Shown: piece by piece, positions 38,491 through 48,301 of the stretch
Numbering within the stretch: the first letter of the stretch is position 1
Layout: every line of letters starts with the position of its first letter
Source: Bdellovibrionia bacterium
Lineage (GTDB): Bacteria; Bdellovibrionota; UBA1018; JBILEK01
DNA length: 64,000 nt
Assembly (NCBI GenBank): GCA_044352155.1
Contig: JBILEK010000002.1
Span: 26,735-90,734, forward strand
Direction of reading: 5' to 3'
Notes under the pieces: generated by a model
Seen by the model: only the letters and a program-made list of their open reading frames with translations
Told to the model about the DNA's origin: nothing
The model's database searches: none
Made by a program: the position numbers and the translations under genes

Positions 38491-39837
38491 TCACTTTCCT
38501 TTGACGACGTTCTGGCACGCGTTCGCAGCGCGACGTGCAGAGACTTTGCGCACCAGGTAATCAGGGCAGTCCACTCCGGCGCGCGTCTTCGTAAGACCAA
38601 AAAAGCAGTCCATCAGGCCTAGGTACTTTTTCGCACTCGCCGATCGCATGGTGTAGTCCTTCGAAAAGTATCGGTGACTTTGCGAGTGACTGACGGCCTT
38701 TAACTCTGCAAGCGGAATTCCGGTGAGCCTCGAAAACTCACGATCAAACTCTCGGTAAAAATCAGCGCCCCAGCTCGAGTAGATCTCCTCGTTGAGCCAA
38801 GAGGGAAAATCATTTCCGTGCATCGTGCCCACGGCAACATCTAAAGAGCCTCTGTGAATGTTCCCAGAATCCCAGGTCCTCAAAAACTCCGCTTTACCCG
38901 CAGCTTTCAGAATATCTTCCTGCGCATAGGAGTCGACAAAGTCTCGGAGCACGATTCTCCCGGTGGGCTTCATGTTCGCATCAAGCTCGATCAAAAAATT
39001 CTGCGAGTGAGGCGAGTCATACGTGAGCCCCGTATGCGCAGCAAACTCTGCGTATGCGCGCGCGAGTTTTTTGTTGTAGTTCTCGTTCCAGAACTCAGCC
39101 GGGTTGTTTGAACCGTTAAGCTTTGCGATTTTCTTGCCTGTCTCGTCATGGAGAGCGCTAAACCCCGGCAAATAATAACGTCCCCCTTGAGGAAGATCTT
39201 CAAGCGAGCGGATCAACATGCCCTGATCCACTTCTTTAATGCCAAACATCGCAGGCTCATCCATCAGCACCAAATGCTCGAACTGAACTTTCTTTTTGAT
39301 CTCGGCAATCATGTCGCTTGAGGTTCGTGCTTGCAAAGCATCGTCGTAGGGCTGCTTTTTGTCGACCCAGTGTCCACCAGTATTATTGGTTGAGACCTTG
39401 GCTGAGAACTTTGCCCCCGTCGTTGGATCAACAATGATCATACTACGCGATGCCGTCCGATAGCCCTTAAAGTGCGTTTTAGGCTTAGAGTCTAAACCGC
39501 GCTCTTGTAGGAACTTTGCGACTTGAAGGTGCCACTTGGTGTCTTCGGAGTTGATGATCCAACGCACCCAAGGTTTTCCGTCTTTTTCAAAAACAAGACT
39601 GTCTCGCACTTTTGGATCCAAGTGTGGCGCAAGATCCGCAGTCAACGCTTCAAGAGGGATCTCGTAATGTTTGATCACAAGCTCTTCATTAGAGCGCAGC
39701 GAGACGGCGTTAGACTTTGTCTCCCAATCAATCAATTGCTTGACTGCATCGGGAGTAGCCTCACTCCCCCACGACGATAACGCTAAAAGAAACGCAACTC
39801 CAAAAAAACCCCTATGAAAGCGCTTCATCGTAATCAT
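38491..39837 (-). CDS. Secreted hypothetical protein (possible atypical kinase-like catalytic segment HSQNFLIELD...DFVDS)
   Basis: Signal peptide; no confident family; 4-nt overlap with upstream gene. Confidence 0.45.
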   Translation of the reverse strand: MITMKRFHRGFFGVAFLLALSSWGSEATPDAVKQLIDWETKSNAVSLRSNEELVIKHYEIPLEALTADLAPHLDPKVRDSLVFEKDGKPWVRWIINSEDTKWHLQVAKFLQERGLDSKPKTHFKGYRTASRSMIIVDPTTGAKFSAKVSTNNTGGHWVDKKQPYDDALQARTSSDMIAEIKKKVQFEHLVLMDEPAMFGIKEVDQGMLIRSLEDLPQGGRYYLPGFSALHDETGKKIAKLNGSNNPAEFWNENYNKKLARAYAEFAAHTGLTYDSPHSQNFLIELDANMKPTGRIVLRDFVDSYAQEDILKAAGKAEFLRTWDSGNIHRGSLDVAVGTMHGNDFPSWLNEEIYSSWGADFYREFDREFSRLTGIPLAELKAVSHSQSHRYFSKDYTMRSASAKKYLGLMDCFFGLTKTRAGVDCPDYLVRKVSARRAANACQNVVKGK

Positions 39838-42020
39838 CGGACACCTCCAGCGCGAGCACAGATATCAAAGACGCATCCCATCCATTGCGTGATCGAATCT
39901 CGCGTACGACCTCTGCGCCCAAGCTCTGACTCAAGCACCTCACGCATCGAGCGTGACGGATTGCGTGCCAGCTCCTCAGCGCTCTCAACAAAAGTGCGCT
40001 CCACTGCCTCAATCGCAGCTGGATCCCAAGAGTTGATCGCTCGAGCTAATCGATCGGGGTCGAGCGCAAACTCTTTCTGACGTGAAAACACTTGATAAGC
40101 TCGATCAATGAGCGAAACCGTAGTGTTACGACGGATTGGATCACTCAGTGTACGCGGCGCAAGTCTTCGAACAACACTAAGCGCAAAATCCTGATGTGCT
40201 CCCGCGGGGATCTGTGCGACTCGAAGGAGTGTTGCCTCTACTGCCGCAGGCGAGTGCCGAACTCCTTGCTCAGTCACAAGGGAGAGCTCGTCGCGCACTT
40301 TGCGAATCGGAGCTGAAACATCATCAAGCGCTCCCCGCATGAGGGCTGCGAGATCTTGAGCCTCCCATGCTCCAGCTTTTTTAAGCTGCTCATTGATGAG
40401 GGGATCTAATCGAGGTGGAGCACTCTCTACTCCTCGAAGCGCATGAGCACTGAGCTCTTCCAAATAGCTTCGCAATGCAAGCTCATCTGCTGGCGCAAGC
40501 TTGGGTAAATCTTTTTGTACTCGCTTGAGAGTCGCCGAGAGTCGATTGACCTTAGAAACACCCAAGGTCCCAAGTCCAATCGGGTCAATCAACCACTCCG
40601 CTGCGATCACTCCTGCTCGACCCAGGATCCGAGCTCCTGCGTTTGTGCTCGTTAAAGCGAGTCGTGATGAAACGTTTGCAACTCCACCCCCTGCTGCAGA
40701 GCTCAAACTTAGAAAACTCAACTGCCCCATGCACTCTGCAAAACTCTCCTCGTTCCCAGAGACTGTGGTGCACTGCTGAATTTTTTTACGCGTCCACGCT
40801 ACGAGCTGCGCGCCTAGATCTTTGGCGCGCGAAGCTCCCTGGGCTCCAAGCTCAGAGGCGCGCTTCAAATAGTGACTCTCCGTACACTCGAGCGCAAATA
40901 AAAGACTTTCTCCACTCTCCAGATAACAACTCGCTAGCGTGTCTCCGAGCTGGTTTTGGTAAGAGCGAAACGCTTGGAACACTGACTGGTACGTCGACTC
41001 ACGCGAGAGAGCGCGAGCGATCGAACCGACTCCCATGATCGCGCCTTTGCCTAAAACGTAAATCCCCTGAGCTGTACCTTTCGCAAGCTCCACTGCGCCA
41101 ATCACAGCGCCCCGCGTACCGACCTGATAACCGCTTAAAAATCCAGACCACGCAGCGCTTGCGATTTGTCCTCGCGTGACCACTGCTTCTGAAGCAACCC
41201 ATCCTTGCCCTAAAGATGCGCGCTCAAGAACGCGCTCTGGACTACCAAAGACTCCAGAACACAGACTCCCCGAGTCCATGTAGCGAAGCGCATCCCCAAG
41301 CTCTGTGTCATAGAGGTTTTGTCGCACGCCTGCAGAGAATCCGTAATCCGTTTCCTCTATATCCCAGGAGATTCCAAAAAAATTTCGTGAGGACAGACTC
41401 GTCTTTTGAGTCAGTTTTCCGGCCAGATAGACGTCATCGATAAATCCATCGTTATCTCGATCCGAGAGCATCGCTGCAATCTGCGTTGCATCTTTTCGAG
41501 GAACAAGCTTCCAAGTGTTTGAATAGGATGCCTCACCAAGCTTTTTTGTGCGCACGAGATCAAAGCCGTTTTTAAGCGGAATTTTTAGTCCGCCACGATC
41601 CCAAACGAGTTTTTTAGGCGAATGCAACTGCGCGCACACGTTCATGATATCGAGATCCGGAGTGAAGCACGTTTTTGAATCTCGAGTGCTAACGTAGTGC
41701 AGGATCTCCCATCGATACTGCTCTCGACGCTCAAGAAACGACTTTCGAACACGTGCTCTTTGAGCAGGATCGCGCTCCTGACTGAGTCGCGTGAGAAGCG
41801 TGTCATCTAAAACGCCAAGATATCGACGAAAAAGCGAAGAAAACTCGTCCGTCTCGCGCGCGTAGGCGGGATCGCTGCAGTTGATCTTGCGTTTCTCCTC
41901 GAGCAGCGCTGAAGGGCTGCGACTATCAGGCGCTCGCCCCACACCTCCTTGCTGTAGACCTGAGCAAGACATAAGTGCACTCGCCAACACCACTGTAAGA
42001 GATAGATTTTTTCTGTTCAT
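39834..42020 (-). CDS. Large hypothetical lipoprotein (~728 aa)
   Basis: ATG 42020 then lipobox (LASALMSCSG); no recognisable domain. Confidence 0.5.
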   Translation of the reverse strand: MNRKNLSLTVVLASALMSCSGLQQGGVGRAPDSRSPSALLEEKRKINCSDPAYARETDEFSSLFRRYLGVLDDTLLTRLSQERDPAQRARVRKSFLERREQYRWEILHYVSTRDSKTCFTPDLDIMNVCAQLHSPKKLVWDRGGLKIPLKNGFDLVRTKKLGEASYSNTWKLVPRKDATQIAAMLSDRDNDGFIDDVYLAGKLTQKTSLSSRNFFGISWDIEETDYGFSAGVRQNLYDTELGDALRYMDSGSLCSGVFGSPERVLERASLGQGWVASEAVVTRGQIASAAWSGFLSGYQVGTRGAVIGAVELAKGTAQGIYVLGKGAIMGVGSIARALSRESTYQSVFQAFRSYQNQLGDTLASCYLESGESLLFALECTESHYLKRASELGAQGASRAKDLGAQLVAWTRKKIQQCTTVSGNEESFAECMGQLSFLSLSSAAGGGVANVSSRLALTSTNAGARILGRAGVIAAEWLIDPIGLGTLGVSKVNRLSATLKRVQKDLPKLAPADELALRSYLEELSAHALRGVESAPPRLDPLINEQLKKAGAWEAQDLAALMRGALDDVSAPIRKVRDELSLVTEQGVRHSPAAVEATLLRVAQIPAGAHQDFALSVVRRLAPRTLSDPIRRNTTVSLIDRAYQVFSRQKEFALDPDRLARAINSWDPAAIEAVERTFVESAEELARNPSRSMREVLESELGRRGRTRDSITQWMGCVFDICARAGGVR

Positions 42021-42191
42021 TTCACTCACCGCTTCGTCGAGTTGAGTGTTGAGATTGAGCAAATAATCACGGTCAATGCTCTGACGGAGCTCGAGCGAGC
42101 GAGCCAGTTTTTCGAGCAGCTGTAGACGAGCAGATTTGAGAGCGGATACAATTTAAAAAGACCAAACCACCCTGCCTCACGGAGGAGTCAG

Positions 42192-43373
42192 ATGCGTTTA
42201 TTGACAGCGATTTCCCTACTGGCTTTGACTTGCTCATGGAGCGCACAAGCCGCTGAGATCAAAGAGTGGACTTATCTTACGTTTCTGAACGGCCACAACA
42301 ATCTTGACCCCTTCGGTGCGATCGATATCAACGAAGCTGAGAAAGTCGGCTCAACAGATCAGATCAACATTGTTTTTCAATGGGCATCGCTTGCGTCAAA
42401 AACAACCAAGCGTCTGCTCATCACCAAAGACTCAGACCCTACTCTCGTCACTTCGCCGGTGATCCAAGAGCTTCCGCGAGTTGACATGGGAGACTGGCGA
42501 GCGCTTGCAGACTTTATCCAGTGGGGAGCAGAAAACTTTCCTGCAAAACGCTATTTTGTGAGTGTTTGGAATCATGGAACCGGCTGGCATAAGTTCAAGC
42601 TCTCAGGCGTGATTAATCCAAGTGACATCTCATTGGATGATCTCACGGGCAACTACATCACCACACGCCAGCTCGGCGAAGCGATGCGCGTCGCCTCTGA
42701 AGCTCTGGGACGAAAGATTGATCTCTACGGCTCTGATGCGTGTTTGATGGCTATGGCCGAAGTGGCGTCTGAGATGTCGGATTCGGTGGATTTCTTTGTA
42801 GGATCTCAAGAGCTCGAACCCGGTCGAGGCTGGCCCTACGATCAGTTTTTGAGTGCTTGGGCTAAGAAACCCGAGCTCACCCCGCCAGAAGTCGCAAAGC
42901 TCCTTGCGCAGGAGTACTTCAAGTCCTACCAAGGGGGCACACAAGGTACAGCTGAGGTGACGTTTTCGGCTTTTGACCTCTCAAAGATCAACACTCTGCA
43001 CTCTGCAGTCGGAGCGCTTTCGCAGAAAATTCAAACTCTCTCCTCTGCGGATCGCGACAAAGTAATTTTGGCTGCAAAAAATACTCTCAACTTCTTTTAT
43101 GAAGACTATCGGGATCTCGGCGAGTTCGCACGTCGAACGAAGGCTCTGAGCGTCCATCGGGATTTAAAAACCGCAGCAACTGCAGTTGAAAATGCAGTGA
43201 AATCATTTGTCATCACGGCTCAAAACTCCTCTGCCTATTCTGCTGCAAGCGGAGTATCGTTCTGGCTGCCGACCGAAAAATACAGCTACGACTCGTACAA
43301 GTCGGCGTACTCCGAGCTCCGCTTTCAAGAGAAAACCTCCTGGAGCGAAGCTGCAAAGACGCTCGTGAAGTAA
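42192..43373 (+). CDS. Secreted clostripain-family cysteine peptidase (C11)
   Basis: Signal peptide; catalytic His (VWNHGTGW) and Cys (YGSDACLMA) motifs. Confidence 0.7.
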   Translation: MRLLTAISLLALTCSWSAQAAEIKEWTYLTFLNGHNNLDPFGAIDINEAEKVGSTDQINIVFQWASLASKTTKRLLITKDSDPTLVTSPVIQELPRVDMGDWRALADFIQWGAENFPAKRYFVSVWNHGTGWHKFKLSGVINPSDISLDDLTGNYITTRQLGEAMRVASEALGRKIDLYGSDACLMAMAEVASEMSDSVDFFVGSQELEPGRGWPYDQFLSAWAKKPELTPPEVAKLLAQEYFKSYQGGTQGTAEVTFSAFDLSKINTLHSAVGALSQKIQTLSSADRDKVILAAKNTLNFFYEDYRDLGEFARRTKALSVHRDLKTAATAVENAVKSFVITAQNSSAYSAASGVSFWLPTEKYSYDSYKSAYSELRFQEKTSWSEAAKTLVK

Positions 43374-43397
43374 GGAGCCCACTTCGCGCTCTCGATC

Positions 43398-45257
43398 TTG
43401 ACGCAACCCAGCGCTCATGAGCAAATCGCGCTCATGGACTACGCCAAAGACTATCCTCGCTCTCTCCAAGATCCTGAAGCGTTCTGGGCCGAAGCAGCCT
43501 CCACTCTACACTGGGAGCGGCGTTGGGATCGCGTGCTTGATGCGTCTCAAAAACCTTTCTACAAGTGGTTCTCAGGCGCACGTACCAACATCGTCCAAAA
43601 CGCGCTCGATCGCCACGCTCGCAGCGAGCGCGCGTCAAAGACCGCGTTCCTCTGGGAAGGCGAGCCTGGCGATCGCCGTACGCTCACGTATGCAGAACTC
43701 GATCGCGAAGTCTGCAGACTTGCAAATCTGCTCAAAGCCCGCGGCGTGAAACCGGGTGACGTCGTGACGATCTACATGCCCCAGATCCCCGAGCTCCCAA
43801 TCGCGATGCTGGCCACCGCAAAGATCGGCGCAATCCACAGTGTCGTTTACGGCGGATTCTCCATCGAAGCGCTCCAAAGTCGCCTAAAGGATGCAGGCTC
43901 GCGCGTCATCCTCACGGCCGACGGTGGGTACCGGCGCGGCAAGATCATTGATCTAAAGTCGATCGTCGACGGCGCACTTGAGCGCTCTCCTGATGTACAC
44001 ACTTGCGTCGTCGTCAAGCGCACGGGACATCTGGTTACGATGCGCAAAGGACGTGATCTCTGGATGCACGAGGCACTTGAGGGCATGAGTGCGAAGTGCC
44101 CAACTGAGATCTGCGATGCGGAGGATCCGCTGTTTATCCTCTATACTTCGGGCTCAACCGGAAAACCGAAAGCTCTCCTGCACACGCACGGCGGCTACTC
44201 GGTTTACGCCTCGTTCTCCCACAAAATCGTTTTTGATCTACGCGAAACTGACATCTATTGGTGCACGGCCGATCCGGGCTGGATCACAGGACACTCCTAT
44301 CTCGTCTACGGGCCACTCATCAACGGAGCTACCGTCGTGATGTACGAGGGCGCGCCAAATCATCCCACTCCGGCGCGCTGGTGGGAGATCTGTGAGCGCT
44401 TGGGGGTGACGCTATTCTACACCTCTCCCACTGGGATCCGCGGACTCATGCGTTTTGGTGCGGAATGGCCGCGCAAACACGATCTCTCAAAACTCCGTAT
44501 TCTGGGTTCGGTCGGAGAACCCATCAACCCCGAAGCCTGGCGATGGTACCATCGGTACGTGGGTTCAGAGCGCTGCCCGATCATGGATACCTGGTGGCAG
44601 ACGGAGACGGGCGGGTTCATGATCACACCACAACCGGGAATGACGCTTAAACCGGGAAGTGCGATGAAACCTTTCTACGGTGTCACACCCGCCGTTGTTG
44701 ACGATGCAGGCGTCCCTGTGCCTGCGGGGCAAGAGGGCAATCTCGTGCTGCAAACCCCCTGGCCCGGGATGGCACGCACGATCTGGGGAGATCCCGAGCG
44801 CTACCGTGAGACCTACTGGAAAACTTACGAGAAGCAGGGCTGGTACAAAGCAGGCGACGCCGCGCGGATCGACTCAGACGGCGATGTTTGGATTATTGGG
44901 CGCACGGACGACGTGATCAAAGTCTCGGGATATCGCTTAGGTACGGCCGAGATCGAGAGCGCTCTAGTGAGTCACCCCGCGGTCGCAGAGGCCGCGGCGA
45001 TCGGACTTCCGCATGCGATCAAGGGGAGCGCGATCCACGTATTCGTGCTGCTGCGCGCAGGGCACGCACCAACGCATGAGCTGGCCGAGAAATTACGCGA
45101 GCACGTAGCCCACGCGCTCGGACCTATCGCGCGACCCGAGACCGTCGCTCTTGTGGATCAACTCCCCAAAACCCGCTCAGGCAAGATCATGCGCCGAGTC
45201 TTGCGGGCAAAAGCCCTAGGGGAGGAGCCTGGGGATCTGTCCACGATGGAGGAATAA
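43398..45257 (+). CDS. acs: Acetyl-CoA synthetase (acetate--CoA ligase)
   Basis: Acs-specific N-terminal region (FWAEAA...), TSGSTGKPKA, YGxTE-like and hinge motifs; TTG 43398 or ATG 43434 start. Confidence 0.85.
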   Translation: MTQPSAHEQIALMDYAKDYPRSLQDPEAFWAEAASTLHWERRWDRVLDASQKPFYKWFSGARTNIVQNALDRHARSERASKTAFLWEGEPGDRRTLTYAELDREVCRLANLLKARGVKPGDVVTIYMPQIPELPIAMLATAKIGAIHSVVYGGFSIEALQSRLKDAGSRVILTADGGYRRGKIIDLKSIVDGALERSPDVHTCVVVKRTGHLVTMRKGRDLWMHEALEGMSAKCPTEICDAEDPLFILYTSGSTGKPKALLHTHGGYSVYASFSHKIVFDLRETDIYWCTADPGWITGHSYLVYGPLINGATVVMYEGAPNHPTPARWWEICERLGVTLFYTSPTGIRGLMRFGAEWPRKHDLSKLRILGSVGEPINPEAWRWYHRYVGSERCPIMDTWWQTETGGFMITPQPGMTLKPGSAMKPFYGVTPAVVDDAGVPVPAGQEGNLVLQTPWPGMARTIWGDPERYRETYWKTYEKQGWYKAGDAARIDSDGDVWIIGRTDDVIKVSGYRLGTAEIESALVSHPAVAEAAAIGLPHAIKGSAIHVFVLLRAGHAPTHELAEKLREHVAHALGPIARPETVALVDQLPKTRSGKIMRRVLRAKALGEEPGDLSTMEE

Positions 45258-45259
45258 CC

Positions 45260-45286
45260 AAACTGGCTGCATCAAGTGAGTAAAAA
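45260..45286 (-). promoter_or_regulatory. Conserved motif copy C (inverted; TTTTTACTCACTTGATGCAGCCAGTTT on minus strand) immediately after acs stop
   Basis: 22/23 match to consensus; inverted partner of copy D across 72 bp. Confidence 0.55.
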
Positions 45287-45358
45287 CTGATGCTCTCAAA
45301 AAACATTGAAATCATTAACTTAAAATGAGGGGCGGGAATCAAATAGGCCCTCTCACCT

Positions 45359-45386
45359 CGTTTACTCAATTGATGCAGCCAGTTTA
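45359..45386 (+). promoter_or_regulatory. Conserved motif copy D (CGTTTACTCAATTGATGCAGCCAGTTTA)
   Basis: Exact consensus; ~90 bp upstream of ATG 45477. Confidence 0.6.
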
Positions 45387-45476
45387 AAAATGACACATTC
45401 CCAACAATGTTGCGCTGCGTTAACCTTTCTCTTACGGAATCCGTCGCAGGACGTATTTGAAAGGAGTATCCGAATC

Positions 45477-45671
45477 ATGGAACCAACATCAACTTCAGAA
45501 ACCGCTCGCATGCGAGGCTACAGTCAAGAAGAGTCCTGGTTTGCTAAACACAATAGCCACCTTCTTGAGAAGCTGCGGGCCAAGTACGGGAGCGCGAAAT
45601 CAAGCTCGCCCGCACCAAACGCAGAGCCCGCAAGCACTGCGCAGGCGCCCCCTCTCAAAGTTGCGGCATAA
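45477..45671 (+). CDS. Small hypothetical protein (64 aa)
   Basis: AAGGAG RBS 10 nt upstream of ATG 45477; no homology recognised. Confidence 0.45.
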   Translation: MEPTSTSETARMRGYSQEESWFAKHNSHLLEKLRAKYGSAKSSSPAPNAEPASTAQAPPLKVAA

Positions 45672-45710
45672 GAGATTTTTTATAAAATTTCTTTAAACGT
45701 CTAGAAAGCA

Positions 45711-45758
45711 AAAGAAAAGCGCGAGATAGGAGCGAAGCCCTATCTCGCGCTTCGTGCA
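45711..45758 (-). terminator. Rho-independent terminator for DUF1554 lipoprotein gene
   Basis: 12-bp perfect stem GCGCGAGATAGG/CCTATCTCGCGC with 8-nt loop, followed on minus strand by TTTTCTTTT. Confidence 0.7.
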
Positions 45759-45795
45759 TTCATGGCTCTCATGAGCGATCTCTGATCAGCGCTCC

Positions 45796-46395
45796 TTAAT
45801 CAGAAATACAATAAAGCGAGCAGAGAGCGTTGCAGGTTTTTACGCCTCGATTAAACCAGAAATCATCCGTTCTGCTTGTTTGTCCGTAAAGCCCTTCGGA
45901 GGGTCCGTTACTTGTAATCCAATCAAGACACGACACGCCGACATCTCCACTTGCCGTGCTCCCACTCCAAACATCAGCTGTAATCGAGCGACCAAACTCA
46001 TCGCAGCCAACCGGAGCTAAAAGCGATCCGCTCCAAAGGTATGCAATCGTGCTTACGACTTTAGTGACATTAAGACCACAGACCACATAGACCGCGCCAG
46101 ATCCGGTGATCCGCTGATTGGGGTTTCCGAGCGCTCCTTCATAGCCTAATCCGATCAACGCTCGATAAGTCCGCTCAAGCCCCCCGGCTTGAGCGTGAGT
46201 GGCGCAGATCGAGTCTGCTCCAGATCTTCCGCCTAAGTTGCCTGTGTACTGAGCTGAAGTCACAAAGATCCGTCGATCGCCTTCTAAAACGCCATCTTTC
46301 TTCGAGGCTATCCCTGTGACCTGTGCTGAGCACCCAAGGAGGAGTGAAACTCCAAGCAACAAAAACAAAAGAGTAGAGCTCCTCGGATTAAGCAT
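45796..46395 (-). CDS. DUF1554-family lipoprotein
   Basis: Lipobox LLLGCSA; RIFVTSAQYTGNLGGRSGADSICATHA signature of DUF1554. Confidence 0.6.
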   Translation of the reverse strand: MLNPRSSTLLFLLLGVSLLLGCSAQVTGIASKKDGVLEGDRRIFVTSAQYTGNLGGRSGADSICATHAQAGGLERTYRALIGLGYEGALGNPNQRITGSGAVYVVCGLNVTKVVSTIAYLWSGSLLAPVGCDEFGRSITADVWSGSTASGDVGVSCLDWITSNGPSEGLYGQTSRTDDFWFNRGVKTCNALCSLYCISD

Positions 46396-46403
46396 CGAGT
46401 CGA

Positions 46404-47510
46404 CTAGTAGATCGCTTCGCGGATTCGGGCGGAGAGATAGTCCATAAACCACACGACGCTTGCGATCACGATCACGATCATCCCAATCTCATTCCAGCGC
46501 GCTAAGCCCTGATACTGCATGAGAAGCGTGCCGATCCCACCACCGCCCACAAGACCAATGATGGTTGCCATGCGGATATTGATGTCCCAGCGGTAGATCG
46601 TAAACCCTAAGTACGGCAAAATCACTTGCGGAACGACCGCGTACCATACCGTCTGCACGCGGCCAGCGCCCGTCGACTCAATCGCTTCCACGGGACCGGC
46701 ATTGATGCCTTCGATCGCTTCAGAGTACAGCTTCGCAAGCGAGGAGACCGAGTGGAGCATGAGCGCCATCATGCCTGCAAACGGGCCGATCCCGACCCAA
46801 ACGGAGAAAATAATAGCCCACACCACAGGCTCCATGGAGCGCGTGAAATTAAAGATAAATCGAAGGATCCCATAGACAGAGCGCGAAAGCACCGAGCCAC
46901 TCATGAGGTTTCGCGCGGAGAAAAACGCTGCGAAAAAAGCAATTGGCACTGCAATCGCTGTCGCCATAAACGCGATAAAAATCGTCTCCATCATCTCTGA
47001 TAGAACTTTAGGCAAAATCGAAGTCTCAGGTTGCAATAGGGCTGAGAAAATCCTCGTCGCACCTGACACTCCTTCAACACTCAGGAGGGAATAAAATTTC
47101 ATCTCCGTGAGATTCCAACCAAAGATGAACGTCGTCAAAAGCACAACAACAGTCGCCACACCCGAGAAGGTCTTAAAAAAAGGCTTCTGCGCCACCCCCT
47201 CTGGTTTTTTTTGTACACGCAGAATCGGACTCGTCTTGATCATCAAGAGTTTGCCGATGGAGTTGCTCTCAAGCTTGGTCCAGAGTGCTCCTAAAATCAG
47301 CGCAACCCCAGCAAGCACTTTAAAGAGTGTTGAAGCCCTCCCAGCGTCAGTCTCCCAGTCCCCAAACCAATCCACTCCGAGATAAACCCACGCTGCCGCC
47401 AAGTAGTACGCGAAAAACGCGTTGATCAAAAAGGCCTTAATCCCGATCTTACGGTGCTCAGCTGCAATTTGATCCTGAAACTGAGCTAAAATTTCACTCT
47501 GGGTGCTCAC
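46404..47510 (-). CDS. phnE: Phosphonate/phosphite ABC transporter permease (PhnE-like) with N-terminal extension
   Basis: PhnE signature EAIESTGAGRVQTVWYAVVPQVLPY; 6 TM. Confidence 0.75.
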   Translation of the reverse strand: MSTQSEILAQFQDQIAAEHRKIGIKAFLINAFFAYYLAAAWVYLGVDWFGDWETDAGRASTLFKVLAGVALILGALWTKLESNSIGKLLMIKTSPILRVQKKPEGVAQKPFFKTFSGVATVVVLLTTFIFGWNLTEMKFYSLLSVEGVSGATRIFSALLQPETSILPKVLSEMMETIFIAFMATAIAVPIAFFAAFFSARNLMSGSVLSRSVYGILRFIFNFTRSMEPVVWAIIFSVWVGIGPFAGMMALMLHSVSSLAKLYSEAIEGINAGPVEAIESTGAGRVQTVWYAVVPQVILPYLGFTIYRWDINIRMATIIGLVGGGGIGTLLMQYQGLARWNEIGMIVIVIASVVWFMDYLSARIREAIY

Positions 47511-48274
47511 TTGATCTGAACCTCCTGTGCGTCTTCACCATAGATGCGCTTGAACCAAGCATCATCGATATCCTTTGAGCTCCCCTCAAAGATTTTCTCC
47601 CCACCTTTCATCGCAATCACGCGCGTCGTGTACTGACGCACAAGCGAGAGAAAGTGCAGATTACAGATGATGGTTTTGCCGAACTCTTTATTTGCTCGCT
47701 CAAGATAGTTCATCACCGTATGAGAAGTCGCGGGATCAAGAGAGGCCACCGGCTCATCCGCAAGCAGCAAATCAGGATCCTGCATAAGCGAGCGCGCGAT
47801 TGCGACCCGCTGTTGCTGACCGCCTGAGAGTTGATCCGCGCGGGTCTGAGCTTTTTCCCGCAAACCAACAATCTCCAAGCACTCAAGCGCACGCTTCTCA
47901 TCGGTCGGGTCAAAAACGCCAAGGCACGAGCTCAACGTGGGCAGTCGACCAAGCTTGCCTGAGAGCACATTGCGCAAAACCGAGTGGCGCGGGATCAGGT
48001 TAAAGTGCTGAAACACCATCCCGATTTTTTGCCGCGATTGCTTAAGCTCGTGGCTTGAGAGCTCAACGATGTTCTTACCTTGAAACAAAATCTTGCCGCT
48101 CGTGGGCTCCACTAAGCGATTAAGGCAGCGGAGCATCGAGGACTTGCCGGAGCCCGAAAGTCCGATCACACCTAGGAACTCCCCCTTCTCAACTTTAAAA
48201 GAGACATTCCGAACTGCGTAAGTTCCGTTGTTGTAGATTTTGCTCAGGTCTTGAACTTCAAGAAGCGTCGACAT
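47507..48274 (-). CDS. phnC: Phosphonate ABC transporter ATP-binding protein (PhnC-like)
   Basis: Walker A GLSGSGKSS, LSGGQQQR signature, PhnC-like N-terminus. Confidence 0.8.
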   Translation of the reverse strand: MSTLLEVQDLSKIYNNGTYAVRNVSFKVEKGEFLGVIGLSGSGKSSMLRCLNRLVEPTSGKILFQGKNIVELSSHELKQSRQKIGMVFQHFNLIPRHSVLRNVLSGKLGRLPTLSSCLGVFDPTDEKRALECLEIVGLREKAQTRADQLSGGQQQRVAIARSLMQDPDLLLADEPVASLDPATSHTVMNYLERANKEFGKTIICNLHFLSLVRQYTTRVIAMKGGEKIFEGSSKDIDDAWFKRIYGEDAQEVQIK

Positions 48275-48301
48275 GATACCCCTTTAAGGTGAGAAAAAAA
48301 T

